Translations under genes and position numbers: made by a program
Origin: Eledone cirrhosa
Taxonomy: Eukaryota
Direction: 5' to 3'
Assembly: GCA_964016885.1 (NCBI GenBank)
Contig: OZ024741.1
Coordinates: 75,330,001-75,394,000, forward strand
Length of the DNA stretch: 64,000 nt
The notes under the pieces: model-generated
Told to the model about the DNA's origin: nothing
Databases searched by the model: none
The model's input: the letters and a program-made list of their open reading frames with translations, nothing else
Part shown: positions 44,722 to 59,759 of the stretch, piece by piece
How positions within the stretch are numbered: the stretch's first letter is position 1
Layout of the letters: the number at the start of each line of letters is the position of its first letter

Positions 44722-47700
44722 AAGAATCCTGGAATTCTGCGACGCAAATAACTTAACTATCTGTAACACTAACTTCAAAAAACGAGACAATCACTTGATC
44801 ACCTATAGATTGGGGGAACACACAAGCCAGGTAGATTATATCCTTACCAGAAGACGTGACAGAGTGTCTGTTGTTAACACTAAATCCCTCCCCCATGAAG
44901 AATTCACCTCCCAACATAGACTGATAATTAGCGACCTCATAGTCAGGACGAGACGTACTAGACAGCGGAAGAGGACTATCCTCAGGAGAAAAATATGGAA
45001 GCTAAAGGACCCCATAGCCAGAAATAAATTTCAAAGCATATTACTTGACGCTTTCGACAGTAAGGAAGAGCAATTAGAGTCGTATAATATAGAGGAACAG
45101 TGGGAATTCCTGAGAGCAAACCTGCTGACGGTGGCAGACGAAGTCTGTGGCTGGAGCAGGCCTGTAGGTAAGAGGAGAGTAACATGGTGGTGGAACAGTA
45201 AGGTGGAGGAGTCAATTAAGGCCAAAAAGCAGGCTTGGAAAGTATGGCGGGATGGGGGAAGTAGAGAAGACTATCAAGTGGCCAGGAGGGAAGCTAGGAG
45301 ACAAGTGTACTTTGCAAGAAGGGAAGCAGAGGAAATAAAGTTCAAGCATGTTCTACAACGTGAGGACCAAAAACGTGAGGTGTTCAGGATTGCCAGGCAA
45401 TGTGTCAAGGAAAACCGTGATATTGTCGGGGAGAAGTGTGTACTTAACGATGATGGCATACTTGCCATCACCGACGATGATAAGAAGGTAGCTTGGAAGT
45501 GTCACTACGAAAGGCTTCTAAATGAGGAGAACAAATGGGAGAAAAACAGTCTCCCCCACATCGACCCAATAGAGGGACCAGCAGTGTTAGTCCAGAGTAG
45601 TACAATAAGCAAGGCAATCAAAGATATGAAGACGGGTAAGGCGGCTGGTCCTTCGGAAATAGTTGCTGAGATGCTGAAGGCATCTGGTTCGGTGGGACAC
45701 ACCATGGTCACCCGGATAGTTAACCAAGTCGTACAGAATGGGGTTGTTCCGAAGGACTGGTGTAGCAGCATCATCTTTAACTGCTATAAGGGAAAAGGAG
45801 ATGCCCTAGATAGGAGTAACTATAGAGGCATTAAATTAATCGACCAGGTCATGAAGGTCACGGAAAAAGTAATAGCGCAACTAATCAGAGAGAGAATTGA
45901 TCTAGATGAAATGCAGTTCGGGTTTGTGTCAGGCAAAAGTACCACAGACGCTCTTTTCTTTTCATTGTACGACAATTACAGGAGAAGTACCTAGCTAAAA
46001 GTAAACCCCTATACTTAGCTTTCGTCGACTTGGAGAAAGCCTTCGACAGAGTCCCCCATTCCATTATCTGGTGGTCTCTTAGAAAACTAGGTGTTGACGA
46101 ATGGCTTGTGAGAGCTATACAAGCCATGTATAAAGAAACAGTCAGTAAGGTTAGAATTAACAACGAATATAGTGAAGAGTTTAGCGTAAAAGTTGGTGTC
46201 CATCAGGGCTCTGTTCTTAGCCCCCTACTATTTATTATTGCCCTTCAGGCTATAACAGAGGAGTTCAAGACTGGCTGCCCATGGGAACTCCTATACGCAG
46301 ATGATCTAACGCTCATAGCTGAATCAATGACCGAACTAGAGAAGAAATTCCAAACATGGAAGCACGGCCTAGAATCAAAAGGCCTTAAAATTAACCTGGC
46401 TAAGACTAAAGTTCTAGTTTGTAGGAAAGAAAATAAGGCGGCGGTCCCATCTGGGAAATGGCCATGCTCAGTGTGTAGGAAAGGCGTAGGTAGAAACTCC
46501 ATTTTATGTCCCAAAAGCAAAGAATGGGTGCATAAAAGATGTAGTGGGATCACAGGTAAGCTAACTAAGAACATAGATTTTACATGTGGCCGGTGCTCTG
46601 GTGCAATAAGTAGCAGCAAGTGCCCACAAAATACTAGCTCCTTCAACTGCGCAGAGGGTTCTATAGAAATAGTGGACAGCTTCCGTTACCTGGGTGACAA
46701 AATCAGCAGTGGGGGAGGGTGCTCTGAAAGTACAGTAGCTAGAGTCAGAACTGGATGGAAAAAGTTCAGAGAGCTTATACCACTATTAGCCGCTAGAGGG
46801 TTCTCCCTAAAAATGAAAGGCAGGTTATACGATGCCTGCATACGAACAGCAATGCTGCATGGCAGTGAGACCTGGGCATTGTGTGCAGAGGATATACGCA
46901 GACTAGAGAGGAACGAAGCTTGCATGCTCTGCTGGATGTGCAATAGTAATATACGTGAACGGCAAAGCATAAACGAACTAAGGAAAAAATTAGAAATAAG
47001 AGGGATCAGATGTTGTTTACTCGAGAGACGGCTACGTTGGTATGGTCACGTGATGCGCATGAAAGACGACAGCTGTATAACAAAGTGCAGGGCAATAAAG
47101 ATAGACGGTAGCCACGGAGTTAGGCAGACCCAGAAAAACATGGGACGAGCTGATAAATTCCGACCTCACACGCTTACACCTCTCCAAGACAATGTCACTG
47201 GACCAAGACCTTTGGCGGTACTCAGTAATAGAGAAGACCCGCCTTACCTAAATACAAAGTAAAAACCTACTACAGTCAGTAGGCATCTCTATCAAAACAC
47301 ACCCCCGTCCCACCACCTCCACCCCATCCACACCGCCCCTTTCAATGTAAAGTTATGTTGGTCCCACAACATCCAGGCCGAAACAAATGAGATCGTGTAG
47401 GTGTCACGACAAAAAAACACACAGTCCACGCTGTAAATGTGGCCGTGTAGGCAACACGGTAAAAACCTCCCAGCCCCACACTGTAAATGTGGTTGGTGTT
47501 AGGAAGGGCATCCAGCTGTAGAAAACCCGCCAGACAGTCCACGCTGTAATGTGGCCGTGTAGGCAACACGGTAAAAACCTCCCAGCCCCACACTGTAAAT
47601 GTGGTTGGTGTTAGGAAGGGCATCCAACTGTAGAAAACCCGCCAGACAGTCCTATGCGAGCAAGACAACCACTCTTGCCTCAAGTGGGAAAACCCCCGTC

Positions 47701-47764
47701 CAAACCCATGCAAGCGTGGAACACGGACGCTAAACCTGATGATGATGATGATGATGATGATGAT
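44722..47764 (+). mobile_element. 5'-truncated RTE LINE, copy C (APE C-terminus, RT, PHD)
   Basis: SQVDYIL...SQHRLI APE end; RT motifs; frameshifts near 45958 and 47120; ~110-bp duplication in the 3' UTR; (TGA)n tail. Confidence 0.95.
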
Positions 47765-48351
47765 AATATACTTGCAGCTATATACATCTATGTATATATA
47801 TAATACTAACAACTGTATAGATCCATGTATATATATATGTTATATTTGCAACTATACACAGATATTATATATACAATATACCTGCAGCTATACACTGGTA
47901 TTCCTGTGATTTTTATTGTTTTTTCTATAACGTTTATGGACTAATGTTTGCTGAGATCAAACCATTGGCAGTTGTCTTTGATTCCAGATTTCTCATATAT
48001 ATATAATGTGTGTGTGCATATATATGTGTGGTTATAAATATATATATATTTCAGTGTTTAGCTTTTATCAGTAAGGTTTCCGAAAAGTAGACACAAAGAA
48101 AAGTTTCTGGATAAATTTTTTATTTTTTATTGTTTGTTATTTCATTTGTTGTAATGAAACATATGCTGTCTATTCCTACTGTCATGAATATCCAGAATTA
48201 CCATCCATAAATATATGGACTTTTTTTATTACTTAATCTTGAACATTACAGCATATTCACTATGCCCCATTTACCACTACAGGTGCATTACCGATTTTGT
48301 AGCATTGTCAGTTCCACACCCATGCTAGATTATCTGTTTTGCTGGACTATA

Positions 48352-48529
48352 CAAGGAATGGCTGCAAAGTTCATAGGCTGAAAAGTTTGTAGGCTGACTA
48401 AGCTATTCTCATGGAATGATCAAACAATGCAATTATTCATGAGAAGAGTTGAAATTAATGCACGCAATATTTCACAGCGCTAGCATCACTCCTTCACAGT
48501 CAGCCTATGAACTTTTCAGCTTACCCTCA
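48352..48529. mobile_element. Mariner-type MITE
   Basis: TA|caaggaatggctgcaaagttcataggctga ... tcagcctatgaacttttcagcttaccctca|TA imperfect TIRs. Confidence 0.7.
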
Positions 48530-50104
48530 TATAATAATTTACTAACCTGTAATGAAAACATCTTTAAGGAACTAATAGCTATGCTAAGATCTGTGAGGTT
48601 GAGGGTTTGGAAGAATAGGTGCATGTGGTGGGTAGGATAAGTGCCTTAAACCTTTTGATATCAATCCGGCCAAAACTAGTACTGGTTCTATGAAACAAAA
48701 CCACCCACTTTAAAGGGTTCCCATTTAAATTTAACTTTTCAACATAATTTTATATAGTAATTATATGTTAAGTTATTGTTTTAGTTATTGAATAATTCAT
48801 AACTTTTATGAAACCATTAATTCATTGAAATAGAAAATATTTTATTAGAAATACAGTTATGAAATATTTAAAGCCCACCCCATATCACTCTCCATTTCCA
48901 TAATCGGTTCTAACACCCACTTTAACCTGTTATGTTGAGTCAAAACTAATATTAGATAATTTTACTGAAAATGAAAGAAAAACAACAAAACATTAGTAAA
49001 TATCATGTTTCAATTCAATTATATTTTTCTAAAACCTCCCACCATAAATTTATATAGGAACATTTATTAATGTGTTCCAATCATCCAGGTTGATAATGAA
49101 AAAGTCACTTATCTATATATAAATTTGAGCAATTTCCATCCATCACACAATATGTGTGTACATGTGTGTATGTGCGTGTGTGTGTCTGTGTGTTTGTGTT
49201 TGTGTTAATGTATGTGTGTGCAAAAGGAAGGAAGGAGATGTTGAAAAGACTATAGCAAAACAGCGGCTGGCATCTCGTTTGCTATGCTGTGTGTGAGTGT
49301 ATGTGTCTATGTGTGCTTATATAAATCTATGTGTATTTGTGAGATTGTATGTCTTCAAGGGTGTATTTTTGTGTGTATGTGCATTTATATTTATTTATTC
49401 ATACATATGCACATATACACACGCACACATATATACACATATGCGTCAGCATGCTAAAAGAATTCTAGTCTTATTAAATCGTTTCAAATGTTTTATTTGA
49501 AACTATTTCTTCTTCATGTCTCACACAGTGACCTACCAATTGCAATCATCACTAAATAATCTTTTCAGTTAACTTTGGCAGGCCATAATAAAGTACTGTA
49601 TTGGTAGGGTGGCTCTTCTAAGAGATAAGTACCAACCATAACATGTGGGAGTATATTCTGTCTAGCTGAATTTGAAGTCCTTATTTGAGTGTCCGTGTCT
49701 CAGTCATATAACAACACAGATTCAACCATTAAAAAAAAAGTCTGATATTAATACTCTTTCTCAGAGGGTGGCTTCCAAATATTTGCTATATGATTGTTTT
49801 TTCTTTTGTTGATATCTTTTATTAAATTGGCTATCCAAGTGCCTAAATACTTGAAATTTTAAATAACTTTTAGTTGCTGTTCATATTTTGAATTTATGCT
49901 CACTTGCTGATCATTTGTATTAACATAGTTGCACAACTCTGCTTGATGAAACAGGCTTATTACCAAAAACATATAGTAGTTTAGCCAACCTGTCTGTTTA
50001 GGGATAGCTAGGACTATCTAATACGTTCTTTCCTTTTTTAGAACAGTACTGTCTTTTGGGAATTGTATTTAACCCTGTGACTGACTGGCTTCAAATACTC
50101 TCTT

Positions 50105-50275
50105 AGACTCTTGCTCCCTCTGGTAGTTTTTTCTCCCTGGTAATTTTTCCTCTCTGGTAGTTTTATGCTCTCTGAGAGTCTTGTACTTTCCAGTAGTCTT
50201 GTATACTGTGGAAGTTTTATACTATCTAAGAGTTACTCTTTGGAAGTCCTGTATTCTGTAGTAGTCCTGTACTCT
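50105..50275. repeat. Degenerate ~18-bp minisatellite
   Basis: Repeated tctctggtagtYttgtac-like units. Confidence 0.6.
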
Positions 50276-51102
50276 CAGTTGCTTAATGCCTACAAAAGTA
50301 GAATAAGCCCCTAGTTTTGTCTAACCTTTGCAAGCATGAAAAAAGGACATACAATGATAACACTCAGTGTAATATGAGAGAGATTTGGTTGCTTGTTCTA
50401 ATGGGTTCATTGACTGAGTAGAGGCTCCCTCTTTGATTCCTACTAACTAATTTGCTTGTAAATGGCTGTTCGTCTTTTTTTTCTCACAGTCAAGACAGGA
50501 AATTGACTTGATTAATTTGGCTACCGAATGTGGTATCTTGAGAAACAGGAAGTTAGCTGAAGACATACGAACATTACATAGTTGTGAATATAGCTTCATT
50601 TTACAATAAATATGATAACAATTTTATAGTCATTCTCTTTTATGTTTTTATCTATAATTCTCACATTCACATTTCCTCTCTTTCATTCCTTTTTTGCTAT
50701 TTCTCTATATTTTCTCTCTCTGTTTTTTCCCATTTCTCTCCTTTTGATCTCCCCACTTTCTATCAAACATTATGTCTCTTTTTCTTTTCAACTCCTACAA
50801 TCCTTGCTTATCCTAATACCTCATTTCTCTTCCTCTTGTCAACTACCTGGAATCTGTTGCCTAGTTTTACAACACCACCTGGTTCTTTGGTGTCTTTAGC
50901 AGAATCCACTTTGTTGCAAGCATTCAGACCAGGTCATTAGTTTAAGGATACCTTCCTCTCACAGAGTCTTGGAGGTCCTAAAAAGAGTCATGGGTATTTT
51001 CCTCTCTTCTCTGACTAATCAAATATCATTTTCACTCTATCCATTTTTTCTTTCACATTTCCTCTCTTTTTATGCCTCATCACAATTTTCTCATATTCCA
51101 AC

Positions 51103-51223
<121 letters not shown>

Positions 51224-54200
51224 ATCATCATAATCACATAATCATCACTCTTAAACAATAAAAGTTCTGGAATAAAACCACAGTTGAAATTTGTCATCAT
51301 AAGTGAGCTCTATCAGTTTAAACCAAGGACTAAACTATTACAACAACAACAACAACATAGAATTTAAAGAAAGGGGTTATTGTTTCCACCAAAAACATAT
51401 TATTGCTGACATTATAAACCTTACTTACATTAGTGACCTTCAATTGCAATACTACACCCACAACAACTACATTTATATTATTGATGTTAAACCAGAGAGA
51501 GGGAAACTGTATGTGATGGCTGCTTGACTTCCCAAGTAATAGTAGCTATATACCCTCATATATCACTTTTTACTGTCTAAAAAAGGGAAGGAAAAACTTG
51601 ATAATAGAATCTATACTGGAAAATAAGACATGATACTTATGACTGGAGCAACTTTTATTAGTGTGATGCATTGGCAGAAGCATTTTGTTCTTGATCTTCA
51701 TACTTTGAATTAAAATCCTGCTGCGGTCAACTTTGCCTTTCAACCTTTCAAAGTTGCTAAAATAAAGTGCCAGTTAAGTTATGGGGTCAATGTATACGAC
51801 TTTCCTCCTTTCTTTATCCACAAATTAACCTTGTGCTTAAATAGCAGAATCATTACTGTTTTGCTATATTCATTCCAGCTCTTTATTTTCTGAGTTCAAA
51901 TTCAGTCAAAGTCAACTTTGCCTTTCATTCATTTGTGGTTGATAAAATAAAGTACCAGTTAAATACAGGGGTCTAGTTAATCAACTCCCACCACCAAATT
52001 GCTGGTTTTGCACCCCCCTTAGAAACCATTATATGTATGCCAATCAAATCTGATCTAGAGTTAAATAACAACAATAGCAACATCAATATCATTGTTGATG
52101 AAAAAGAAAATGAAAGAATCTCTTTGCAGTCACTTGACCTCAAAGAAATAATAATCAAATACCCTCAAATCAAACTCTAGCATAACATTCTAGATGTGAT
52201 AGCTGAAACAAACTGTAGAAAGAACTAATAAACCACATACAAATGTATAGGAAGAAATGATTTGATGATATGATATTGTAGATATATTATATTTGGAAAT
52301 GAGAGGAGATGGTCATGTATGGAATGTCTTTGATCATTGGTTTATTCTATCAAAGCTAAACTAAGGATAAAAAAAAATACCACAATGCCAACCAACTGCA
52401 ACAACAGCACCACCACCACAAGCAACATTACCACCACCATCACCAGCAACACCACCACCAACATTACTTCCACCACAACCACCAACAACAGCATGAACAA
52501 CAACAACAGCAATTTTAATCAAACCTGAGTTGGGAGATTCTATATTTATATAACCTTCTAAAAATATGCTAAATCTTCAAATCTTGTCTTATCATCTTAA
52601 TGGCTAGGAAGCTTTTGGTCAAGACTGGAAAACTTTTCCTTGATATATTTGTTCTATTAGAGTTTTAAGGCCACCTTTGATCATGACTGACCATGCAGTT
52701 ACACCTGGGAAGTTCCTTCCTTTCCAAGATACATGCCTAGGTAAGGTGGTTTTTGTGCAAGACCAGCAGTCATTCATTCATGTAAGTCTCCCCTCTCCTT
52801 CACACTGATATTGTTCAAGGGAAATGTGAAGGACGATACAGCTTAGTACCAGTGCCATCACATTTTATATATACACTATATATGATGTTGTTTAAGGGAA
52901 AGACATAGGGGGATACAGCTTGGAAACAGTGTTATACGTTCATTTGGCTGAATTAGAACTGACCTGAAGTGTAAACATCATTAACACGATCAAAGTCAAT
53001 ATTACAAAAACAACAACATATTGTTAATGAATCTGTTATAGACCATTCTAGTCGACCATAAAAGAGTATCTGCAAGAAGAATGAGGTAAAAATTACTCAA
53101 GAAAAATAAAAGAGAGAGAGAGATAAAAGAGACAAGAAACTGCGTAAACATGATAGTTAGCAATAAATAATTAGTTCTAACTTAGCTATTCATCTTTGAA
53201 TCACTTTGAATATTCAGCCCACGCTTGCGTTTAACTCGTTGAAGGCCAGCAGATGTATTTATATGATTGAATGATTTCTTTATTTCTATGTGTATATATA
53301 TATGATTATATATCTATGTGTATGAGTATTTGTACATACACACACAGATATATATGTATGCACATACACACACATACACATATATATGATTGGAGAAAGA
53401 CACGAAAACATAACAAAAAATTGCAAGAGATGATTGTAAAAATAAAAAATAGCTCCAAGCATTGTAAATACACTGTGAAATGATGTACAATGTGGGAATC
53501 ATGGCTGTACATAACTGCACACAACTGCATATAGCTGTTGTAAAGATTGCATAAGGTTTCACACACAAAGATACACAACTTCCAGTATTTTCATAGAACA
53601 GTTTAGTGTCATTAACTAGCACAGACACACACATACGTATGATGTGTGTGTGTGTGGGGGGGGGGGGGGGGTTAGACATATATATATATATAGAGAGAGA
53701 GAGAGAAACAGACAGATCGATAAAAATATAGATATATATGTATATGTATGCATATATATATATGTGTGTGTGTATGCATATGCATGTATATGTATATATA
53801 TATATATATATACACATAAGCATATATATATATATATATATACACATAAGCATATATATATATATATATATATATACTTCTTCATTTTGCCTGCGGGTTC
53901 TCTCTCACCCCCTCCCTCTCTCCCCAAATATAAAATAAATTTGTTGTGAGCTACGAAACTCAGAATTTGTCGATCCCTTATTCTTGGCTACATCGCTCAC
54001 TCGCTCTTTTGTGAGATGTAATGTACTCATCCTATCTTTTTCTCATCTCTCCATGTTCCCTGGTCCATTCATCTATCTGTATTATATCGTCCAGAATCCA
54101 ATCTTTTCTTTTCAATGCTATTCGATAATTCTGTCTGATTGTTCAAAACAATCTTCTTGTATTTTAAAATCCTATAATTCTGTCAGACCCCGGAAAACGA

Positions 54201-54328
54201 TCTTCTACTTGTATTTAAACTCTTATTACTCTTATTACTGTTATATGCTCATTTAATTATGGCTGAATTTCTATAAAATAACCCCCTCACTAACTCCCGC
54301 CCCCACGAGCCACCATTATTATTTGGTC

Positions 54329-54932
54329 GGTGGATTGGCAGTATCGGTAGAGGGTCGGACGCCATGCTTTCAAGCATAGTTACGTCCCTTTACGATCTGA
54401 ATTCAAATCCTGCCGAGGTTGACTTTGCCTTTCATCCTTACGGGGTCGATAAAATAAAGTACCAGTAATGCACTGGGTAATTGCTGGCCTTGTGCCTAAA
54501 GTAGAAACAATTATTATTTGGTCCATTATTATTTCGATATGCTAGGCGGTAGATTGACAATATCGGTAGAGGGTCGGACGCCATGCTTTGCAGCATAGAG
54601 TTACGGCCCTTGCCATTCTGAGTTCAAATCCCGCCGAGGTTAACTTTGCCTTTCATCCTTACGGGGTCGATAAAGTAAAGTACCAGTAATGCACTGGGTA
54701 ATTGCTGGCCTTGTGCCAAAAGTAGAAACAATTATTATTTGGTCCAATGGGCGGTGGATTGGCAGTACGGTAGAGGGTCGGACGCCATGCTTTCCAGCAT
54801 AGTTACGTCCCTTTACGATCTGAATTCAAATCCTGCCGAGGTTGACTTTGCCTTTCATCCTTATGGGGTCGATAAAATAAAGTACCAGTAATGCACTGGG
54901 TAATTGCTGGCCTTGTGCCTAAAGTAGAAACA
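54329..54932 (+). mobile_element. Three tandem Meta-domain SINEs (54329-54510, 54545-54730, 54749-54932)
   Basis: Each has A/B boxes and the Meta body; bounded by repeated attattatttggtc. Confidence 0.92.
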
Positions 54933-54950
54933 ATTATTATTTGGTCCAAT

Positions 54951-57900
54951 CATAATTCAGCGGCTTATATGTTTCTCCTACCAATCTCTTTCACAAAACC
55001 ACTGCCTCGGCTATCACTTCTTAAGTTTAGACCTGGTTGCTTTTCGATATGCTAGATGGACTATCGATTTATGGAGAGTCTGAAAAATCTGGACACTCAA
55101 TGACAATGCCAAAGATAAAGACAAATTCACCTCATGTTGCCGGACGAGAATGCAAGGAATCCTCCTCTTTATTTCGGCCGTGGATGGCTAACATAACCCC
55201 ATCTCCCTCACCCTCCCTGCACCTCATCCTTCCCACCCACCAAATGCAATCCAAAACTTCAGAGTTGGTACCATGAATGTAGGCACCTTAAAAGGTCGCT
55301 CTAACGAGGTTGTAGAGATGCTTGAATGTAAGGAAGTTGATGTTTGCTGTATTCAAGAGACCAGGTGGAGGGGTAGGTCTGCTAGATTCATTGTGGGTAA
55401 AAAACGATGCTATAAACTTTTCTGGGTGGGAAATGAAAATGGGCTGGGTGGAGTAGGAATCATGCTAGCAGAAAAATGGGTAGATAAGATAATAGACGTA
55501 AATAGAGTGAACGACAAAATAATTAAAATAAGACTTGTCCTAAATAGAACTACTGTGACAATAATATCCGCGTATGCACCCCAATCCGGACTGCCTGGCG
55601 TTATAAAAGACAAATTCTATGAGTCGCTAATGCTCTCTATCTCCCAAATAACCGACAGTGAGTACATAATTATTGCTGGTGACCTAAATGGTCACGTTGG
55701 ACAACATTGTGATGGCTATGATGGAATCCAAGGAGGCTTTGGGTTTGGTACTAGAAATGAGTAAGGCTCCAGAATCCTGGAATTCTGTGACGCAAATAAC
55801 CTAACTATCTGTAACACAAACTTAAAAAAACCAGACAATCACTTGATCACCTATAGATCCGGGGGGGGGGGGGGGGGGCATGCCAGTCAGATAGATTATA
55901 TCCTTACCAGAAGACGTGACAGAGTGTATGTTGTAAACACTAAATCCCTCCCCATGAAGAATGCACCTCCCAACATAGACTCATAGTTAGCAACCTCATA
56001 GTCAGGATGAAACGTACTCGACAACAGAGGAGGACTACACTAAGGAGAAGAATATCGAAGTTAAAGGACCCCACAGCCAGTAATAAATTAAAAGCCTATT
56101 ACTTGATGCTTTTGACAGTAAGGAAGAGCAATTAGAGTCGTACAATATAGAGGAACAGTGGGAATTCCTGCAAGCTAACCTGCTGAAGGCGACGGATGAA
56201 ATCTGTGGCTGGAGCAGACCTATTGGCAGGAGGAGAGTAACTTGGTGGTGGAACAGTAAGGTGGAGGAGTCAATCAAGGCCAAAAAGCAGGCTTGGAAAG
56301 TATGGCAGGATGGGGGAAGTAGAGAAGACTATCAAGTGGCCAGGAGGGAGGCTAGGAGACAAGTGTACTTCACAAAAAGGGAAGCAGATGAACGAAAGTT
56401 CAAACATGTTCTACAACGCGAGGACCAAAAATGTGAGGTGTTCAAGATTGTTAGGCAATGTGTCAAGGAAAACCATGATATTGTCGGGGAGAAGTGTGCC
56501 TATAATGATGATGGTGTACTTGCCATCACTGATGCTGATAAGAAGGTAGCTTGGAAGTGTCACTACGAGAGACTACTAAATGAGGAGAATAAATGGGACA
56601 AAGACAGTCTGCTCCACATCGATCCAATAGAGGGACCAGCAGTGCAAGTTGAAGGTAGTATAATAAGTAAGGCAATCAAAGATATGAAGACAGGCAAGGC
56701 AGCTGGGCCTTCAGAGATAGTTGCTGAAATGCTGAAAGCATCTGGAATGGTGGGACACACTATGGTCACCCGGATAGTAAACCAAGTCATACAGAATGGG
56801 GTCATACCAAAGGACTGGCGTAGCAGCATCATCATTACAAGGGCAAAAGAAATGCCCTAGATAGGGGAAACTATAGAGGCATTAAATTAATTGACCAGGT
56901 CATGAAGGTCACAGAAAAAGTAATAGCGCAACTAATCAGAGAGCGAATTGATCTAGATGAAAAGCAGTTTGGGTTTGTGTCAGGTAAAAGTACCACAGGC
57001 GCTCTTTTCATTGTACGACAACTACAGGCGAAGTACCTAGCTAAAAGTAAACCCCTATACTTAGCTTTCGTCGACTTGGAGAAAGCCTTCGACAGAGTCC
57101 CCCATTCCATTATCTGGTGGTCTCTTAGAAAACTAGGTGTTGACGAATGGCTTGTGAGAGCTATACAAGCCATGTATAAAGAAACAGTCAGCAAGGTTAG
57201 AATTAACAATGAATATAGTGAAGAATTTGGTATGAAAGTTGGTGTTCATCAGGGCTCTATCCTTAGCCCCCTCCTATTTATTATTGCCCTTCAGGCTATA
57301 ACAGTGGAGTTCAAGACCGGCTGCCCATGGGAACTCCTATACGCAGATGATCTAATGCTCATAGCTGAATCAATGGCTGAACTAGAGAAGAAATTCCAAA
57401 CATGGAAGCATGGCCTAGTATCAAAAGGCCTTAAAATTAACCTGTCTAAGACTAAAGTTCTAGTTTGTAGGAAGGAAAATAGGGCACCGGTCCCATCCGG
57501 GAAATGGCCATGCTCAGTGTGTAGGAAAGGAGTAGGTAGAAACTCCATTTTATGTCCCAAATGCAAAGTATGGGTGCATAAAAGATGTAGTGGGATCACA
57601 GGTAAGCTAACTAAGAACATAGATTTTATATGTGGCCGGTGCTCTGGTGCAATAAGTAGCAGCAAGTGCCCACAGAATACTAGCTCATTCCATTGCACAG
57701 ATGGTTCTATAGAAATAGTGGACACCTTCCGTTACTTGGGTGACAAAATCAGCAGTGGTGGAGGGTGCTCTGAAAGTACAGTAGCTATAGTCAGAACTGG
57801 ATGGAAAAAGTTCAGAGAGCTTATACCACTATTAGCCGCTAAAGGGTTCTCTCTAAAAATGAAAGGCAGGCTGTATGATGCTTGCATACGAACAGCAATG

Positions 57901-58682
57901 TTACATGGCAGTGAGACCTGGGCATTGTGTGCAGAGGATCTGCGCAGACTGGAGAGGAACGAAGCTTGCATGTTCCATTGGATCTGTAATAGTAATATGC
58001 ATGAACGGCAAAGCATAAACGAACTAAGGGAAAAATTAGAAATAAGAGGGATCAGATGTTGTTTACTCGAGAGAAGACTATGTTGGTATGGTCACGTGAT
58101 GCGCATGAAAGACGACAGCTGTATAAAAAAGTGCAGGGTAATAAAAATAGACGGTAGCCACGGAGTAGGCAGACCCAGAAAAACCTGGGACGACTTGATA
58201 AATTCCGACCTCACACACTTACACCTCTCCAAGACAATGTCACTGGACCGAGATCTTTGGCGCTACACAATAATACAGAAGACCCGCCTTACCTAAGTAC
58301 AAAGTGAAACCTACTACAGTCAGTAGGCACCTCTAATAAAATACACCCCGTCCCACTACCCCCACCCCATCCACACCACCCCTTTCAATGTAAAGTTATG
58401 TTGGTACCACAACATCCAGTCCGAAACAAATGAGGTCGTGTAGGTGTCACGACAAAAAAACACACAGTCCACACTGTAATGTGGCCGTGTAGGTAACACG
58501 GTAAAAACGTCCCAGTCCACACTGTAAACATGGTTGGTGTTAGGAAGGGCATCCAGCCATAGAAAACCCGCCAGACAGTCCTATTCGAGCAAGACAACCA
58601 CTGTTGCCTCAAGTGGGAAAACTCCCGTCCAAACCCATGCAAGCGTGGAAGATGGACGTTAAACGATGATGATGATGATGAT
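54951..58682 (+). mobile_element. Near full-length RTE LINE, copy D (APE-RT-PHD; pseudogenised)
   Basis: RVGTMNVGTL, CCIQETRW, GVGI, SAYAPQ, AGDLNGHVG APE motifs; RT motifs; several stops and frameshifts; (TGA)n tail; 5' boundary approximate. Confidence 0.95.
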
Positions 58683-58776
58683 ATATAGTCTAACAAAGCT
58701 CTTTTGTTGCACATCTGCAACATCATCAGTGGTACTGTTATGTTTCTTCCTATTGTGTTGTGTTTGCGCCAGTTTT

Positions 58777-58819
<43 letters not shown>

Positions 58820-59759
58820 AGTTGTTCTATTTAGTTTTAGTCTAAGTTTGATGATTCCGTATGTGTGTATGTACATATATATATACACATATGTGTGTAT
58901 ATATATATGTATGTATGCATATATATATACATATATATGTATATATTCTACTTTATCTCCTTTTCATTGTCTTATTGTGTCTATTTTTCAATCACCAGAT
59001 ATTTTCATATTTTCTTCTGTGAATTCTATAGCTTTAATTAAGCTATATTTACAACAAATCTTTTATTACATTCCAAGAACACTTCAAAAATGAAATTGAC
59101 CTACTGTAAAATTGATGTTTATGAATGAACAATACGATATATATCTACAATTATTGTGAAGATGCAGCATAGAAATCACTTCTACCAACAGATATGATGC
59201 AATTAGGATTTTTTCATCTTCCTTAACAGTTATATCTTAATTGGTAGAGTATAGGGGGTAGTTGGCAGAGTTATTAGAGTATCATCTATTTGTCTCAGCT
59301 CACCGTATTCTGAGTTCAAATCCCACTGAGGTCAACTTCACTTTTGAGGATTGACAAAAATAAAGTCACAGAGGATTGACAAAAGAGATGCACCTCATTC
59401 TGCCAGGAATTATGACTAGCAGATAGTACCAACAATGGAAACACTAAGAGAAATATAATGATCGATGTCTTTTTTAAATAATAATCCATAAAATTAATTT
59501 GTGTTGCATATTGATTTTTCTTTTCATATCTCATATTATATAAAGACACATGACTTAGGGGTTAGAGTTTTGGGCTGGCAATCATAAGATTGGGGCTTTA
59601 ATTCACAGACAAGGTGACACATTGTGTCCTTGGGCAAGGTACTCGATTTTATGTTGCTCTAGTTCATTTAACTAAAGATGTTTCTGAGTGGCAGCTGGGT
59701 GTTGGGCCTGCAACAGAGGTGTGTTGTGTGCCAATTGAGATAATACTTGAGAGCACAGA

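Noticed and set aside
50470-50610. Polypyrimidine-CAG acceptor followed by a short open frame
   Set aside because: No recognisable protein and no partner exons.
54313-54950. CRISPR-like repeat/spacer pattern
   Set aside because: Eukaryotic context; the spacers are SINE copies and the repeats are target duplications.
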